The translations under genes and the position numbers were made by a program. Below the pieces are notes generated by a model. The model was not told where the DNA came from. It ran no database searches and saw only the letters and a list, made by a program, of their open reading frames with translations. DNA of 64,000 nt, taken from assembly GCA_963624265.1 (NCBI GenBank), contig CAVFPF010000029.1:16284-80283 (forward strand). The letters are read 5' to 3'. Below are positions 1 through 9,598 of the stretch, in pieces. This DNA is from a bacterium. GTDB lineage: Bacteria; Bacteroidota; Bacteroidia; Bacteroidales; UBA3663. Positions within the stretch are counted from its first letter, which is position 1. The number at the start of each line of letters is the position of its first letter.

Positions 1-591
1 GCCGGTACCAACGCCTCCACAGCTGCAGGCATGAGCGACCAGTCGTTCTGCCGGCCGAAGGCCGATGCCCAGATGCCGCTGTCGTTGATTTCGAAGGCCG
101 AGGTCGAGTTCTTCCTGGCTGAGTACTATGCCAAGAAGAATGACGCTGCCAAAGCCGAGAGTCACTATATCGAAGCTACCAAGGCCAGCTGTGTGTCTGC
201 CGGGCTCGACGAGAGCGATGCCGATGTCATCATCGCGCGCTATCCGCTCAATGCCAGCAACATCAGCGATTATGCCAAGGTTATCGGCATCGCCAAGTGG
301 GTGGCTCTGTCGGGTGTAGACAACTTCGAGGCCTACAACGAGATGCGCCGTCTGCGCTATCCCGCCATGGGCACAGTGACGGGTGCTGATATCTGGGACG
401 GTACAAGCGCCTACACCATGGCCAAAATGGTGCCCGGTGTGCTCTATACACCTTACCAGGTGTACAATGCCGTTGGTAACGGTAACATCCTGGAGCGCTG
501 GCCATATTCCGAGTCATCATCGACCCGCAATAAGAACTGTCCTGCATTCCAGAACAGCGACTTTACTACAAAGATTTTCTTTGCCAACTAA
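1..591 (+). CDS. SusD/RagB-family outer-membrane nutrient-binding lipoprotein, C-terminal part (5' end upstream of window)
   Basis: Frame 1 is open from base 1 to the stop at 589-591. The C-terminal sequence (..FEAYNEMRRLRYP..ERWPYSESSSTRN..) is SusD-like. Two small lipoprotein genes follow, as in polysaccharide utilisation loci. Confidence 0.7.
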   Translation, partial: AGTNASTAAGMSDQSFCRPKADAQMPLSLISKAEVEFFLAEYYAKKNDAAKAESHYIEATKASCVSAGLDESDADVIIARYPLNASNISDYAKVIGIAKWVALSGVDNFEAYNEMRRLRYPAMGTVTGADIWDGTSAYTMAKMVPGVLYTPYQVYNAVGNGNILERWPYSESSSTRNKNCPAFQNSDFTTKIFFAN

Positions 592-609
592 CAAAACAGG
601 AGTTTCATT

Positions 610-1314
610 ATGAAAAAATATATTCTTTCAGTAATGGCTTTGGCAACTGTAGTGCTTACAGGTTGCACAGACCGTGACACTGAGGGCATGACAGAGATTA
701 CCACCTATCCCGTCATCACTCTCAATGGTGGAGACATGATTGTACAAAAGGGTACCGAGTTTGCCGACCCCGGCTGCACTGCCGACCTGGGTGGTACCGA
801 TGTGACGGCCAATGTCGTTGCAATCAGTAATGTCGACACCAACGAGTCGGGCGTCTACAGCGTCTCTTACAAGGTGTCGAACGAAGACGGTTTTTCGGCC
901 AGCGCTTCTCGCACTGTAGTCGTAGCCGACATGACCGATCCGGTAGAGGGTTACTATGCCGTGTCGGCCTCCAGCTACCGTGAACGTTTGGGTACAAAGG
1001 TTGCTTACGGCAAGTCGTTTAACATCTGCATCTTCCGCGACACTGACGGGTCGTACTACTGTGAGGACTTGCTCGGTGGCTGGTACTGCCAGCGTGCTGG
1101 TTACGGCACCAACTATGCCCTTACCGGCAACTTCAGTGTGGACAGCGCTACCGGAGTCGTTACGCTTGGCGAAAACCACCTGATTGGTTGGGGTGACTCG
1201 GCCGACGGCATGACAGACGGCACTTATGACTTCAGCACGCATACACTGCATTACAATGTCGGCTACGCCAGCATGAACTTCGTACAGGACTTGACTCGCC
1301 TGGAGAAGCTTTGA
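610..1314 (+). CDS. PUL-associated surface lipoprotein with Ig-like (DUF5011-type) domain
   Basis: MKKYILSVMALATVVLTGC lipoprotein signal. The segment ITLNGGD..VQKGTEFADPGCTA..GVYSVSYKV..RTVVV looks like an Ig-like DUF5011 domain. It starts 18 bp after the SusD-like stop. Confidence 0.6.
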   Translation: MKKYILSVMALATVVLTGCTDRDTEGMTEITTYPVITLNGGDMIVQKGTEFADPGCTADLGGTDVTANVVAISNVDTNESGVYSVSYKVSNEDGFSASASRTVVVADMTDPVEGYYAVSASSYRERLGTKVAYGKSFNICIFRDTDGSYYCEDLLGGWYCQRAGYGTNYALTGNFSVDSATGVVTLGENHLIGWGDSADGMTDGTYDFSTHTLHYNVGYASMNFVQDLTRLEKL

Positions 1315-1345
1315 GTGATAATCCCTTAATAACAAGCAAGCAATT

Positions 1346-1861
1346 ATGAAAAAGTTTTTATATTCAACAGTGCTTCTTTCCGCCTGCATCTTTGCGTCGT
1401 GCGATGATAACAATCTGCTCGGCCCCAAGGATGAGGTGGGGGAGACCGCTACGGTCGCTTTGGCCGGAGAGTGGTATGTACATGCTAATGTAGTGATGGG
1501 TGAGAATGTTTTAGAGGATCCATTTGGACTCGGCAGTTTCGAACTCCTAACCTACAACACTGCTGCCAACACGTCCACAGAGATGTATGTCAACGACGGG
1601 CAGGGTTTTTGGAACTTCACAGGTGTGGTTAGCTGCGACACCAAGGCTCTCACTTTCTCGGGTACTGATGTTCAGAATGAGGCTTATGACTGCACATTCA
1701 ATGTCATCGACGGTAAGGTCCTGCTTGGAGCAGCTACATCGCCTTACGGCCACAAGGCTGACAGCATCTGCTTCTCTGTGACCTTCAGTGACGACACCGA
1801 TGGTTATACCTATCGCCTGGAGGGCTATCGCCGCACCGGTTTCGACCAGGGCAACGATTGA
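1346..1861 (+). CDS. small PUL-associated lipoprotein, function unknown
   Basis: MKKFLYSTVLLSACIFASC lipobox signal. It starts 31 bp after the previous gene and is followed by an intrinsic terminator. Confidence 0.5.
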   Translation: MKKFLYSTVLLSACIFASCDDNNLLGPKDEVGETATVALAGEWYVHANVVMGENVLEDPFGLGSFELLTYNTAANTSTEMYVNDGQGFWNFTGVVSCDTKALTFSGTDVQNEAYDCTFNVIDGKVLLGAATSPYGHKADSICFSVTFSDDTDGYTYRLEGYRRTGFDQGND

Positions 1862-1890
1862 TATCACTCCTTGAAAAATAACTAAGAAAA

Positions 1891-1923
1891 TCACCTTGGT
1901 AATGGCCAGGGTGATTTTTTTTT
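1891..1923 (+). terminator. intrinsic terminator after the PUL lipoprotein genes
   Basis: 9-bp stem tcaccttgg (1891-1899) / ccagggtga (1906-1914, one G:U pair), followed by a run of 9 T at 1915-1923. Confidence 0.8.
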
Positions 1924-1941
1924 CTTCATCTTAATGAGGAG

Positions 1942-1975
1942 AAAAAGCCTCTGCTGTAATGGCAGAGGCTTTTTG
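1942..1975. terminator. second hairpin, bidirectional terminator-like
   Basis: Perfect 9-bp stem agcctctgc (1946-1954) / gcagaggct (1962-1970), flanked by A5 upstream and T5 downstream. Confidence 0.7.
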
Positions 1976-2049
1976 TAGATTGGATAAAACGGTTCGTTTT
2001 CCCTTGGATATATAGGTCTGAAACCTGTTGCTATTATTCGTTTTCTATA

Positions 2050-2133
2050 TTCAAAGCCTTTGAATGTATGTTCAAAGGCTTTGAATACAAGTTCAGTGGC
2101 TTTGAACATAGGTTCAATGCTATTGAACATAAG
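2050..2133. repeat. 4 x 21-bp tandem repeat, each unit carrying a TTCAA-N5-TTGAA palindrome
   Basis: Units start at exactly 2050, 2071, 2092 and 2113: ttcaaagcctttgaatgtatg / ttcaaaggctttgaatacaag / ttcagtggctttgaacatagg / ttcaatgctattgaacataag. Confidence 0.9.
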
Positions 2134-2285
2134 CAACAATGGTACTAAACACAAAAGTTTAGCGTCGCTAAACATAAAGTTTGACGACGCTGCGCTGATA
2201 AAGTAATATAGTTGCAATAAGAACTTGGTGCTGGTGATTACGCCTGTCTATAGGGTGGGGACAACCGTTCGCCAGTGAGCCCGTC

Positions 2286-4001
2286 TTACTTCTTTTTGTC
2301 GTTGTCGCGAATCTCCACGCGGCGTATCTTGCCGGAGATGGTCTTGGGCAGTTCGTCGACAAACTCGATGACGCGCGGATACTTGTAGGGTGCCGTCTCA
2401 TGCTTGACGTAGTCCTGCAGTTCCTTAATCAGTTCGGGACCTTTCTTGTCCTTCCATTCATCTCCCAGCACGATTGTGGCTTTGACTATCTGGCCGCGTA
2501 TTTCGTCCGGAACGCCAGTGATGGCGCACTCTACGACAGCAGGATGGCTCATCAAGGCTGACTCCACCTCAAAGGGACCAATGCGGTAGCCCGAACTCTT
2601 GATGACATCGTCGGCACGAGATACGAACCAGAAGTAGCCCTGCTCGTCGTAATAGACGATGTCGCCGGTATAGTATATGCCGTCGTGGTGCACCTTTTCG
2701 GTCAGTTCGGGGTGGCGATAGTACTCTTTGAAGAGTCCCAGGGGCTTCTCGACCCGCGACAGAACAGGTTTGATGCCCGGAGGCATAATGCCGGCCTGTC
2801 CGGCTATGCCTGCCCGGATGACGAGCATGCCGTGCTCCATCGGCTTACAGCGGTGCCCATCGGCATCGAGCACATCGACCACAAACTGCGGATTAGGTAC
2901 GCCCATCGCTCCCGGATTGGGCTTGACGTATGGGTAAGAGCCGAGCACCAGGGTCGTCTCCGTCTGCCCGTAGGCTTCGTAGATGGTGATGCCCGTCTTC
3001 TGCTTCCACTCCGTGAAGACACTCGGGTTGAGTGCTTCGCCAGCCGTCGTGCAGTATTCGAGGTGCGAGAGGTCGAAGTCGGACAAGTTCTCACGAATCA
3101 TAAAGCGGTAGACTGTCGGAGGAGCGCAGAAAGAGGTAACCTTGCGTTCCTGCATAACCTTGAGCAGATTTTTTGCCTTAAAGCGGCCCTCGAAGTCGTA
3201 GATGAAGACGGTGGCACCGCATATCATCTGCCCGTAGAACTTTCCCCAGACAGCCTTGCCCCATCCTGTGTCGGCCACCGTCAGGTGCAGCGAACCTTCG
3301 TGCACGTTGTGCCAGCATTTGGCCGTCAGGATATGGGCCAAAGGATAGGTGTAGTCGTGCATTACCATCTTCGGTTCGCCTGAGGTGCCTGAGGTGAAGT
3401 ACATCAGAAAGTCGTCGTTGTTGTCGTTGAGGCCCTTCAAACTCTTGAACTTGGGAGCATTGATAAGCCCCTGCCAGTAGTCGTCCCAGCCTTGGGGTAC
3501 TTGCGGTCCGATAGAGATGCAGTGTTTGAGAGACGGGCAGAAGGCTACGGCTGCGTATACATTGCGCAGCACCTGCAGATTGCCAACCGCAACGATGGCT
3601 TTGATGTCGGCCTCATGACAGCGGTAGATGATGTCCTTGTCGGTGAGCAGGTGGGTGGCGGGAATAGCCACTGCACCGATTTTGTGGAGTGCCACCATGG
3701 TAACCCACCATTCGATGCGTCGCTTGAGGATGAGCATCACACGGTCTCCGCGTCCTATACCCAAGGTCTGCAGATAGCTTGCTGCCTTGTCGGACAGATG
3801 CTTGTAGTCCCCGTAGTCGACGTGTCGCACGTTCCCCCAGTCGTCAGTCCAAAGGATGGCATCCTTTTCCGGACTGATTCTGGCATATTCGTCGACAACA
3901 TCATAGCCGAAGTTGAAGTGCTCGGGCACATTGACCTTGTAGTTTTTCATAAAGTCCTCGTATGACGAGAACTCGGTCTGCTGGAGGAATCTCTCTATCA
4001 T
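2286..4001 (-). CDS. AMP-forming acyl-CoA synthetase (ANL superfamily, medium-chain/acetyl-CoA-synthetase-like)
   Basis: Motifs YFTSGTSGEPK, EAYGQTE, YYTGD, GRADDVIKSSGYRIGPFEVE and PKTISGKIRR. Start chosen at MIERFLQQ (ATG at 4001) because a minus-strand TATCTTTG -7 box at 4063-4070 lies inside the longer listed ORF. Confidence 0.85.
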   Translation of the reverse strand: MIERFLQQTEFSSYEDFMKNYKVNVPEHFNFGYDVVDEYARISPEKDAILWTDDWGNVRHVDYGDYKHLSDKAASYLQTLGIGRGDRVMLILKRRIEWWVTMVALHKIGAVAIPATHLLTDKDIIYRCHEADIKAIVAVGNLQVLRNVYAAVAFCPSLKHCISIGPQVPQGWDDYWQGLINAPKFKSLKGLNDNNDDFLMYFTSGTSGEPKMVMHDYTYPLAHILTAKCWHNVHEGSLHLTVADTGWGKAVWGKFYGQMICGATVFIYDFEGRFKAKNLLKVMQERKVTSFCAPPTVYRFMIRENLSDFDLSHLEYCTTAGEALNPSVFTEWKQKTGITIYEAYGQTETTLVLGSYPYVKPNPGAMGVPNPQFVVDVLDADGHRCKPMEHGMLVIRAGIAGQAGIMPPGIKPVLSRVEKPLGLFKEYYRHPELTEKVHHDGIYYTGDIVYYDEQGYFWFVSRADDVIKSSGYRIGPFEVESALMSHPAVVECAITGVPDEIRGQIVKATIVLGDEWKDKKGPELIKELQDYVKHETAPYKYPRVIEFVDELPKTISGKIRRVEIRDNDKKK

Positions 4002-4062
4002 CTTTTTCAGGTTCTTAACGGCCGGAGGGTAGCCGGCCTGCCGTCTGATACATTTGACAAGG

Positions 4063-4070
4063 CAAAGATA
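4063..4070 (-). promoter_or_regulatory. Bacteroidetes -7 promoter box (TAnnTTTG) for the acyl-CoA synthetase gene
   Basis: Plus strand caaagata, which is TATCTTTG on the minus strand, about 60 nt upstream of the ATG at 4001. Confidence 0.5.
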
Positions 4071-4186
4071 GGGATTATTTGGATGCAACAAAAGAATAAG
4101 GCGCTGTTTTTGTCATTTTTATCTATCCTTAAAGGTAAAAAGGCCGAAATATAAGAAACGTGAGATATATTTTAACACAAAATAAG

Positions 4187-4222
4187 ATTTGGGCATCCTT
4201 TTTCAACGAAGGATGCCCAAAT
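4187..4222 (-). terminator. intrinsic terminator of the antiporter-like gene
   Basis: Perfect 14-bp stem atttgggcatcctt (4187-4200) / aaggatgcccaaat (4209-4222). On the minus strand it is followed by cttatttt. Confidence 0.8.
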
Positions 4223-4262
4223 CGATATAAGTAATGGGTAGAAATCAAAAAATATTTAACAG

Positions 4263-5558
4263 TTAGAAGAAAATCAACTGTACGATGATGTATATCGGCA
4301 GGCAGACGACGAGCGAGAACTTGCCCATATAGCCGAAGAACGAAGGCATCTTGATGCCGCTCTGCTCGGCAATACTCTTGATCATGAAGTTAGGACCATT
4401 GCCGATATAGGTCAGCGAGCCGAAGAAGACGGCACCCATCGAGACAGCACGGAGGAAGACATCGCTGGCCAGTCCGGGGATATCGGGATTCTCGGGGGCC
4501 ATCTCGTTGAAGACCATGGCTGTCGGAGCGTTGTCCAGGAAGGCCGACAGGGCGCCGGTGCAGTAGACGTAGTGCCAGGGTTCGGAGAGAACCTGCTGGA
4601 TTTCTTCCTTCATGCTGCTGAGGAACATCAGGGCCGGAGTCATCGTGGCAAAGATACCGCAGAAGACGCAGGCCACCTCAAGGATAGGCGTCCAACTGAA
4701 GTTGTTTTCGATGCGGGTCTCCTTCTTGGTGGTCACCATGCTCATGACGATGATGACGATGAAGGCCCATTCGCGCAGCAGTTTGATATAGAACGGGGCA
4801 TCGTGCTCGGCCATGGCCGGGATGTACTTGCCGTTGATGAACATTGTCGATGCGATGACGCAGAGCAGCCAGAAGATGTTGATGAGTCCGCTGATAGAGA
4901 TGGGAGTGCGTTCTGCCAAGTCAGCTTTGCGATTTTCGGCCGGTTCGCGGCGATAGTAGTAAGTGTCGAAGCAGAAGTAAGTGGCAAGCAGCAACAGGCC
5001 CGTCACAGCCCATTCGGGTGTGAGGCTGAAGAACCAGGTGAACTCGGCGCCCTTCTGGAACAAGAGGAAGAGCGGGGGGTCGCCCAGCGGGGTCAGCAGA
5101 CCGCCGCAGTTGGCTACAAGGGCGATGAAGAACAAGATGGTGTGTGCCTTGTAGAAACGCTGTGAGTTGGTCTGTATCAGTAGGCGGATAAGGAGCATAG
5201 CTGCACCTGTAGTGCCCATAAAGGAGGCCAATGCCCAGCCCAGAGCCAAAATGCCGGTGTTGGTGATTGGAGAGGCGACCAGGTCACCTTTGATGCGGAT
5301 ACCGCCCGTTGTGACGAACAGTGCCATGAGCAACAAGATGAACGGTACGTAGTCGTACACCATCTGATGGCTCAACTTCTCGCCCATGCCGTTGGCATAG
5401 AGCCAAATCCCCACCGGGATGCCCAAGATGAGGGATACATAGAGTTTGTGGAGGTTGCTTTCCCACCACTCGCCGACTTTGGTCAGCGGAAGGATGGCGA
5501 TGCACAGCAACATCACAGCAAAAGGAATCAGCATCCATGCTGGAATTAAATGTTCCAT
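4263..5558 (-). CDS. ArsB/NhaD-superfamily ion transporter (putative Na+/H+ antiporter)
   Basis: 431-aa polytopic membrane protein. Its N-terminus and GGLLTPLGDPP-type segment resemble Bacteroidales proteins annotated as sodium:proton antiporter (COG1055-like). Confidence 0.6.
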   Translation of the reverse strand: MEHLIPAWMLIPFAVMLLCIAILPLTKVGEWWESNLHKLYVSLILGIPVGIWLYANGMGEKLSHQMVYDYVPFILLLMALFVTTGGIRIKGDLVASPITNTGILALGWALASFMGTTGAAMLLIRLLIQTNSQRFYKAHTILFFIALVANCGGLLTPLGDPPLFLLFQKGAEFTWFFSLTPEWAVTGLLLLATYFCFDTYYYRREPAENRKADLAERTPISISGLINIFWLLCVIASTMFINGKYIPAMAEHDAPFYIKLLREWAFIVIIVMSMVTTKKETRIENNFSWTPILEVACVFCGIFATMTPALMFLSSMKEEIQQVLSEPWHYVYCTGALSAFLDNAPTAMVFNEMAPENPDIPGLASDVFLRAVSMGAVFFGSLTYIGNGPNFMIKSIAEQSGIKMPSFFGYMGKFSLVVCLPIYIIVQLIFF

Positions 5559-5684
5559 GATCTGAATACGTTTAAATAATGTGTATAATGGTTAGAGTGT
5601 TTCTGTCGATTGTACTCTGAGGCGTGCTTTGCGTTGGTCAAGTCCTCTTTTGGTCCGTTGCGGAGACAAACCGTTCGGGGGTGC

Positions 5685-7487
5685 TTAGTCCAGTTTGAGC
5701 ACAGCCAGGAATGCCGTTTGCGGCACCTCGACGCGACCAATCTGCTTCATGCGCTTCTTGCCGCGCTTCTGTGCTTCGAGCAGTTTGCGCTTACGGGACA
5801 CATCGCCGCCGTAGCACTTGGCCGTCACGTCCTTGCGCACCTGTTTGATGGTCTCGCGTGCGATGATCTTGGCACCGATGGCGGCTTGGACAGCCACGTC
5901 AAACTGTTGGCGGGGTATCAATTCCTTCAGCTTCTCGCACATGCGCCGTCCGAAGCGTTCGGCATTGTCCACGTGGGTCAGCGTGCTCAAGGCATCGACC
6001 TGCTCGCCGTTGAGCAGTATGTCGAGTTTGATCAGTTTGGAGGGCCTGTAGTCGTGTATGTAGTAGTCGAACGAGGCATAGCCCTTGGAGATCGACTTGA
6101 GCTTGTCGTAGAAGTCGATGACAATCTCGCCCAGCGGGAGGTCGAAGTAGATTTCGACACGGTTGCCCGAGATGTACTTTTGCTCGACCAGGATGCCGCG
6201 CTTGTCCAGACACAGCTTCATGATGCCACCGATGAAGTCCGTCTGCGTGATGATGGTGGCCCGGATATAGGGTTCCTCGATGTGCTCGATGGTCATCAGG
6301 TCAGGCATGCCGGAGGGGTTGTGTATCTCCTTCATCACCCCATGCTTGTCGTAGATGCGGTAGGAGACGTTGGGCACGGTCGTGATGACATCCATATTGA
6401 ATTCCCGGCCCAATCGCTCCTGTACAATCTCCATGTGCAGCAATCCGAGGAAGCCGCAGCGGAAACCGAAGCCCAGAGCCAGCGACGACTCGGGAACAAA
6501 CGTCAGAGAGGCATCGTTGAGCTGCAGCTTCTCGAGTGAGGCACGCAGGTCTTCATAGTCCTCCGGGTCGATGGGATAGACACCGGCAAAGACCATAGGC
6601 TTGACTTCCTCAAATCCGGCTATCGCCTTCTCACAGGGATTCTGCTGATGGGTGATGGTGTCGCCTACACGCACTTCGCTCGAGGTCTTGATGCCGGAGC
6701 AGATATAGCCGACGTCGCCGCAGCCGACTTCCTGGCGCGGTTCCATGTCCATGCGGAGAATGCCCACCTCGTCGGCATCGTACTCCATGCCCGTATTGAC
6801 AAACTTGACTTTGTCGCCCTTGTGGAGCGAGCCGTTGGCTATCTTGTAGTATCCGATGACACCTTTGTACGAATTGAACACCGAGTCGAAGATCAGGGCT
6901 TGCAGCGGGGCGTTGGGGTCGCCTTTGGGGGCAGGAATACGCTCCACGATGGCTTCGAGTATCTCCGGTACGCCCAGTCCTGTCTTGCCCGAAGCCCGCA
7001 TGATTTCATCGCGCCGGCAGCCCAGCAGTTCGATGATTTCGTCTTCCACCACCTCGGGCATACAACTCTCCAGGTCGCACTTGTTGATGACCGGGATAAT
7101 CTCCAGGTCGTGGTCGATGGCCATATAGAGGTTGGAAATGGTCTGCGCCTGAATGCCCTGTGTGCCGTCGACGATGAGGAGAGCGCCCTCACACGCAGCG
7201 ATGGAACGTGACACTTCGTAGCTGAAGTCCACGTGGCCTGGGGTGTCGATGAGGTTGAGAGTGTACTGGGCCTTTTCAGCCTTCTCTCCCGTGTAGTTGT
7301 AGTCCATCTGGATGGCATGGCTCTTGATGGTGATGCCACGCTCTCGCTCCAGGTCCATGTTGTCGAGTATCTGGGCCTGCATGTCGCGCTCTGCCACGGT
7401 CTTGGTACATTCCAATAGGCGGTCGGCGAGCGTCGACTTGCCGTGGTCGATGTGGGCGATGATGCAGAAGTTGCGGATATGCTTCAT
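5685..7487 (-). CDS. lepA: translation elongation factor 4
   Basis: [33 protein letters not shown] and a conserved LepA C-terminus. The listed ORF is 5'-extended; ATG at 7487. Confidence 0.95.
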   Translation of the reverse strand: MKHIRNFCIIAHIDHGKSTLADRLLECTKTVAERDMQAQILDNMDLERERGITIKSHAIQMDYNYTGEKAEKAQYTLNLIDTPGHVDFSYEVSRSIAACEGALLIVDGTQGIQAQTISNLYMAIDHDLEIIPVINKCDLESCMPEVVEDEIIELLGCRRDEIMRASGKTGLGVPEILEAIVERIPAPKGDPNAPLQALIFDSVFNSYKGVIGYYKIANGSLHKGDKVKFVNTGMEYDADEVGILRMDMEPRQEVGCGDVGYICSGIKTSSEVRVGDTITHQQNPCEKAIAGFEEVKPMVFAGVYPIDPEDYEDLRASLEKLQLNDASLTFVPESSLALGFGFRCGFLGLLHMEIVQERLGREFNMDVITTVPNVSYRIYDKHGVMKEIHNPSGMPDLMTIEHIEEPYIRATIITQTDFIGGIMKLCLDKRGILVEQKYISGNRVEIYFDLPLGEIVIDFYDKLKSISKGYASFDYYIHDYRPSKLIKLDILLNGEQVDALSTLTHVDNAERFGRRMCEKLKELIPRQQFDVAVQAAIGAKIIARETIKQVRKDVTAKCYGGDVSRKRKLLEAQKRGKKRMKQIGRVEVPQTAFLAVLKLD

Positions 7488-7523
7488 GTCGTACGGGTCT
7501 CTTCTGTCTGATTTTAACGGTCG

Positions 7524-7531
7524 CAAAGGTA
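7524..7531 (-). promoter_or_regulatory. -7 box (TACCTTTG on minus strand) for lepA
   Basis: Plus strand caaaggta, about 37 nt upstream of the lepA ATG. Confidence 0.55.
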
Positions 7532-7625
7532 CTAAAAAAAACGCAAACGGTTGCAAAAAGAATCCAAAAAAATCACGTCCGTGAAAAATATGGGCCGTTT
7601 GTTTGTCTATATGCACGAAAAAGAC

Positions 7626-7633
7626 TACCTTTG
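7626..7633 (+). promoter_or_regulatory. -7 box TACCTTTG for the licD-GT90 pair
   Basis: tacctttg at 7626-7633. It overlaps the listed ATG at 7631, which argues for the start at 7679. Confidence 0.55.
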
Positions 7634-7678
7634 ACGCCACAAATTTGTCATTACAAGACAGGAAACACCTATAGAAGA

Positions 7679-8554
7679 ATGGTTACATTGCAATACAATC
7701 CGCCGGCTGGGTTTCTCAATGAGGAAGTGCGCAACGGATATACAGTATCAGCAGAGATGAAGCAAGTGTGGGCCGTGCAGCTGGACTTGCTGCAGGAGTT
7801 GCTACGCGTCTGTGCGGTGCATGGTCTCCGTATCTTTGCCGACGGCGGCACACTGATAGGAGCGGTACGTGAGCATGGCTACATCCCGTGGGATGACGAT
7901 ATCGACATGTGCATGCTCCGTGATGATTACGACAAGCTGGTGCAACTGGCAGGCGAGTTCAAAGAGCCTTATTTCCTGCAGACGGTCTACACGGATACGC
8001 ACTATGGTCATCGTCATGCCCAGCTGCGCCGTACCGATACGTTGGCGGTTCCGATTAACTATAAGGGCAAACGACGTCATTGTATGGGCATCTTTGTCGA
8101 TATCTTCGTCTTGGACCGGATGCCCAACACTCCACGCTCCCTCAAGCATCATCTGGCCCGTGTGGCTTCGGCCAAACTGCGGTTGAAGGTCGTCAACAAG
8201 CTCATGCTGCATGTGCCGGAAAGCGTGTATCGGTGGTGCCGCTACCACACCCGTTGCCTAAGCGACATCAGTCTCTTCCGCAAGTATGAGGACGTGCTGC
8301 GTTCGGTGCCGCTCACCGAGCGTTCGCTGTTGGGCTGCATGTTGACATCGCGCACGACGATTCCCTTCCTTCGTCTGGCCAGCTATGACGATGTCGTCTA
8401 TTTGCCTTTCGAGCACATTAAGCTGCCTTGCCCCGCAGGTTATGACGAGATATTGCGTGCCGAGTATGGCGCCTATATGATACCCGTGCATCAGCCCACT
8501 ACGCACGGCAGCATGACATTCGACACCGAACAGGGTCAGAACTTCCACAAGTGA
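7679..8554 (+). CDS. LicD-family phosphotransferase (phosphocholine / polyol-phosphate transferase family)
   Basis: [24 protein letters not shown] motif typical of LicD. Start chosen at MVTLQYNP, downstream of the -7 box. Confidence 0.75.
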   Translation: MVTLQYNPPAGFLNEEVRNGYTVSAEMKQVWAVQLDLLQELLRVCAVHGLRIFADGGTLIGAVREHGYIPWDDDIDMCMLRDDYDKLVQLAGEFKEPYFLQTVYTDTHYGHRHAQLRRTDTLAVPINYKGKRRHCMGIFVDIFVLDRMPNTPRSLKHHLARVASAKLRLKVVNKLMLHVPESVYRWCRYHTRCLSDISLFRKYEDVLRSVPLTERSLLGCMLTSRTTIPFLRLASYDDVVYLPFEHIKLPCPAGYDEILRAEYGAYMIPVHQPTTHGSMTFDTEQGQNFHK

Positions 8555-8555
8555 T

Positions 8556-9548
8556 ATGAGAGCGCTATCGTATATGCTGCATAGCGGCAAGAACCCTAAG
8601 TGGCTTTACTTCCTCCGGCACTATCTCCAACAGATGGTTCCGGATGCGTACTATCGCAGCCGGTTGAACGGCAAGTTGCGGCAGTTGGACGGACGGGCTG
8701 ACCGGGATTACATCCTCGACCGTGTCAATTACTACAACCGTCTCGATGCTGTCGCTCCACTGCCCGACACCGTGCCGCTGCCCGATGAGATGATGCAAGG
8801 TGTGCGTCAGAAGGTCTACCGGTTTGATACCATCAGCTGTACGCGATGGTTTGCTGCAGGCAGCCGTTTCCAGCTCGTGCCTGGCGATGTGACGGAAGTG
8901 CCCGATGTGCCTTCGCTGCTGAAGAGCCGCCCCATAGACCGGGCCAAGGATGGCCAGCCTGTCGACAACCGCAACTCTGTCGTTCTGAAACTCAATGCCG
9001 TCCGGCATTTCATCTTTGTCGATGACAGTATCCCATTCGAGTCCAAAAAAGATATGGCCGTCTTCCGCGGAAAGGTGTCAGGCAAGCCGTTGCGCCAGCG
9101 ATTCTTCCGGCAGTATTTCGGCAATCCGCTATGTGACCTTGGCGACACCTCACGCCACAGTACAGACCCCGAAGCGTGGCGGACGGGCAAGATGACCATC
9201 CGCGAACATCTGCAGTACAAGTATATACTGGCACTGGAAGGCAATGATGTGGCTTCCAACCTCAAGTGGGTGATGTCGAGCAACTCGATAGCCGTCACGC
9301 CGCGCATGAAGTACGAGACGTGGTTTATGGAAGGCCGTCTTGTGCCGGATTACCATTATATAGAAATCAAGGATGACTTAAGTGACCTCGAGGAAAAACT
9401 GGCCTACTATTCCAGTCATCCCGATGAGGCACAACAAATCATCGACCATGCCCATGCGTATGTGCGGCAGTTTATGGATAGCCGACGGGAGGAGTTGATA
9501 CAACTGTTGGTTACGGACAAGTATTTCCGTATGACAGGCCAACGATAA
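8556..9548 (+). CDS. glycosyltransferase family 90 (CAP10 / LPS-modifying domain) protein
   Basis: C-terminal YKYILALEGNDVASNLKWVMSSNS..ETWF motif region of the CAP10/GT90 type. It starts 1 nt after the licD-like stop. Confidence 0.6.
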   Translation: MRALSYMLHSGKNPKWLYFLRHYLQQMVPDAYYRSRLNGKLRQLDGRADRDYILDRVNYYNRLDAVAPLPDTVPLPDEMMQGVRQKVYRFDTISCTRWFAAGSRFQLVPGDVTEVPDVPSLLKSRPIDRAKDGQPVDNRNSVVLKLNAVRHFIFVDDSIPFESKKDMAVFRGKVSGKPLRQRFFRQYFGNPLCDLGDTSRHSTDPEAWRTGKMTIREHLQYKYILALEGNDVASNLKWVMSSNSIAVTPRMKYETWFMEGRLVPDYHYIEIKDDLSDLEEKLAYYSSHPDEAQQIIDHAHAYVRQFMDSRREELIQLLVTDKYFRMTGQR

Positions 9549-9598
9549 CCGACTATGGCCGAACGGGACCGCAGCGGCGGCAAGACCGACAGCTGCCG

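Noticed and set aside
1891-2217. 108-aa minus-strand ORF in the convergent gap, and similar gap ORFs at 47832-48155 and 42647-43129.
   Set aside because: They run through terminator hairpins and tandem repeats (for example FKAFE repeats arise from the 21-bp units). They lack promoters and recognisable protein features.
9549-9598. A possible hairpin terminator in the 50-bp gap between GT90 and the WbbI-like gene.
   Set aside because: Only short (5-6 bp) GC pairings (agcggc/gccgct, ccgac/gtcgg) with irregular loops, and no T-tract. This is too weak to annotate.
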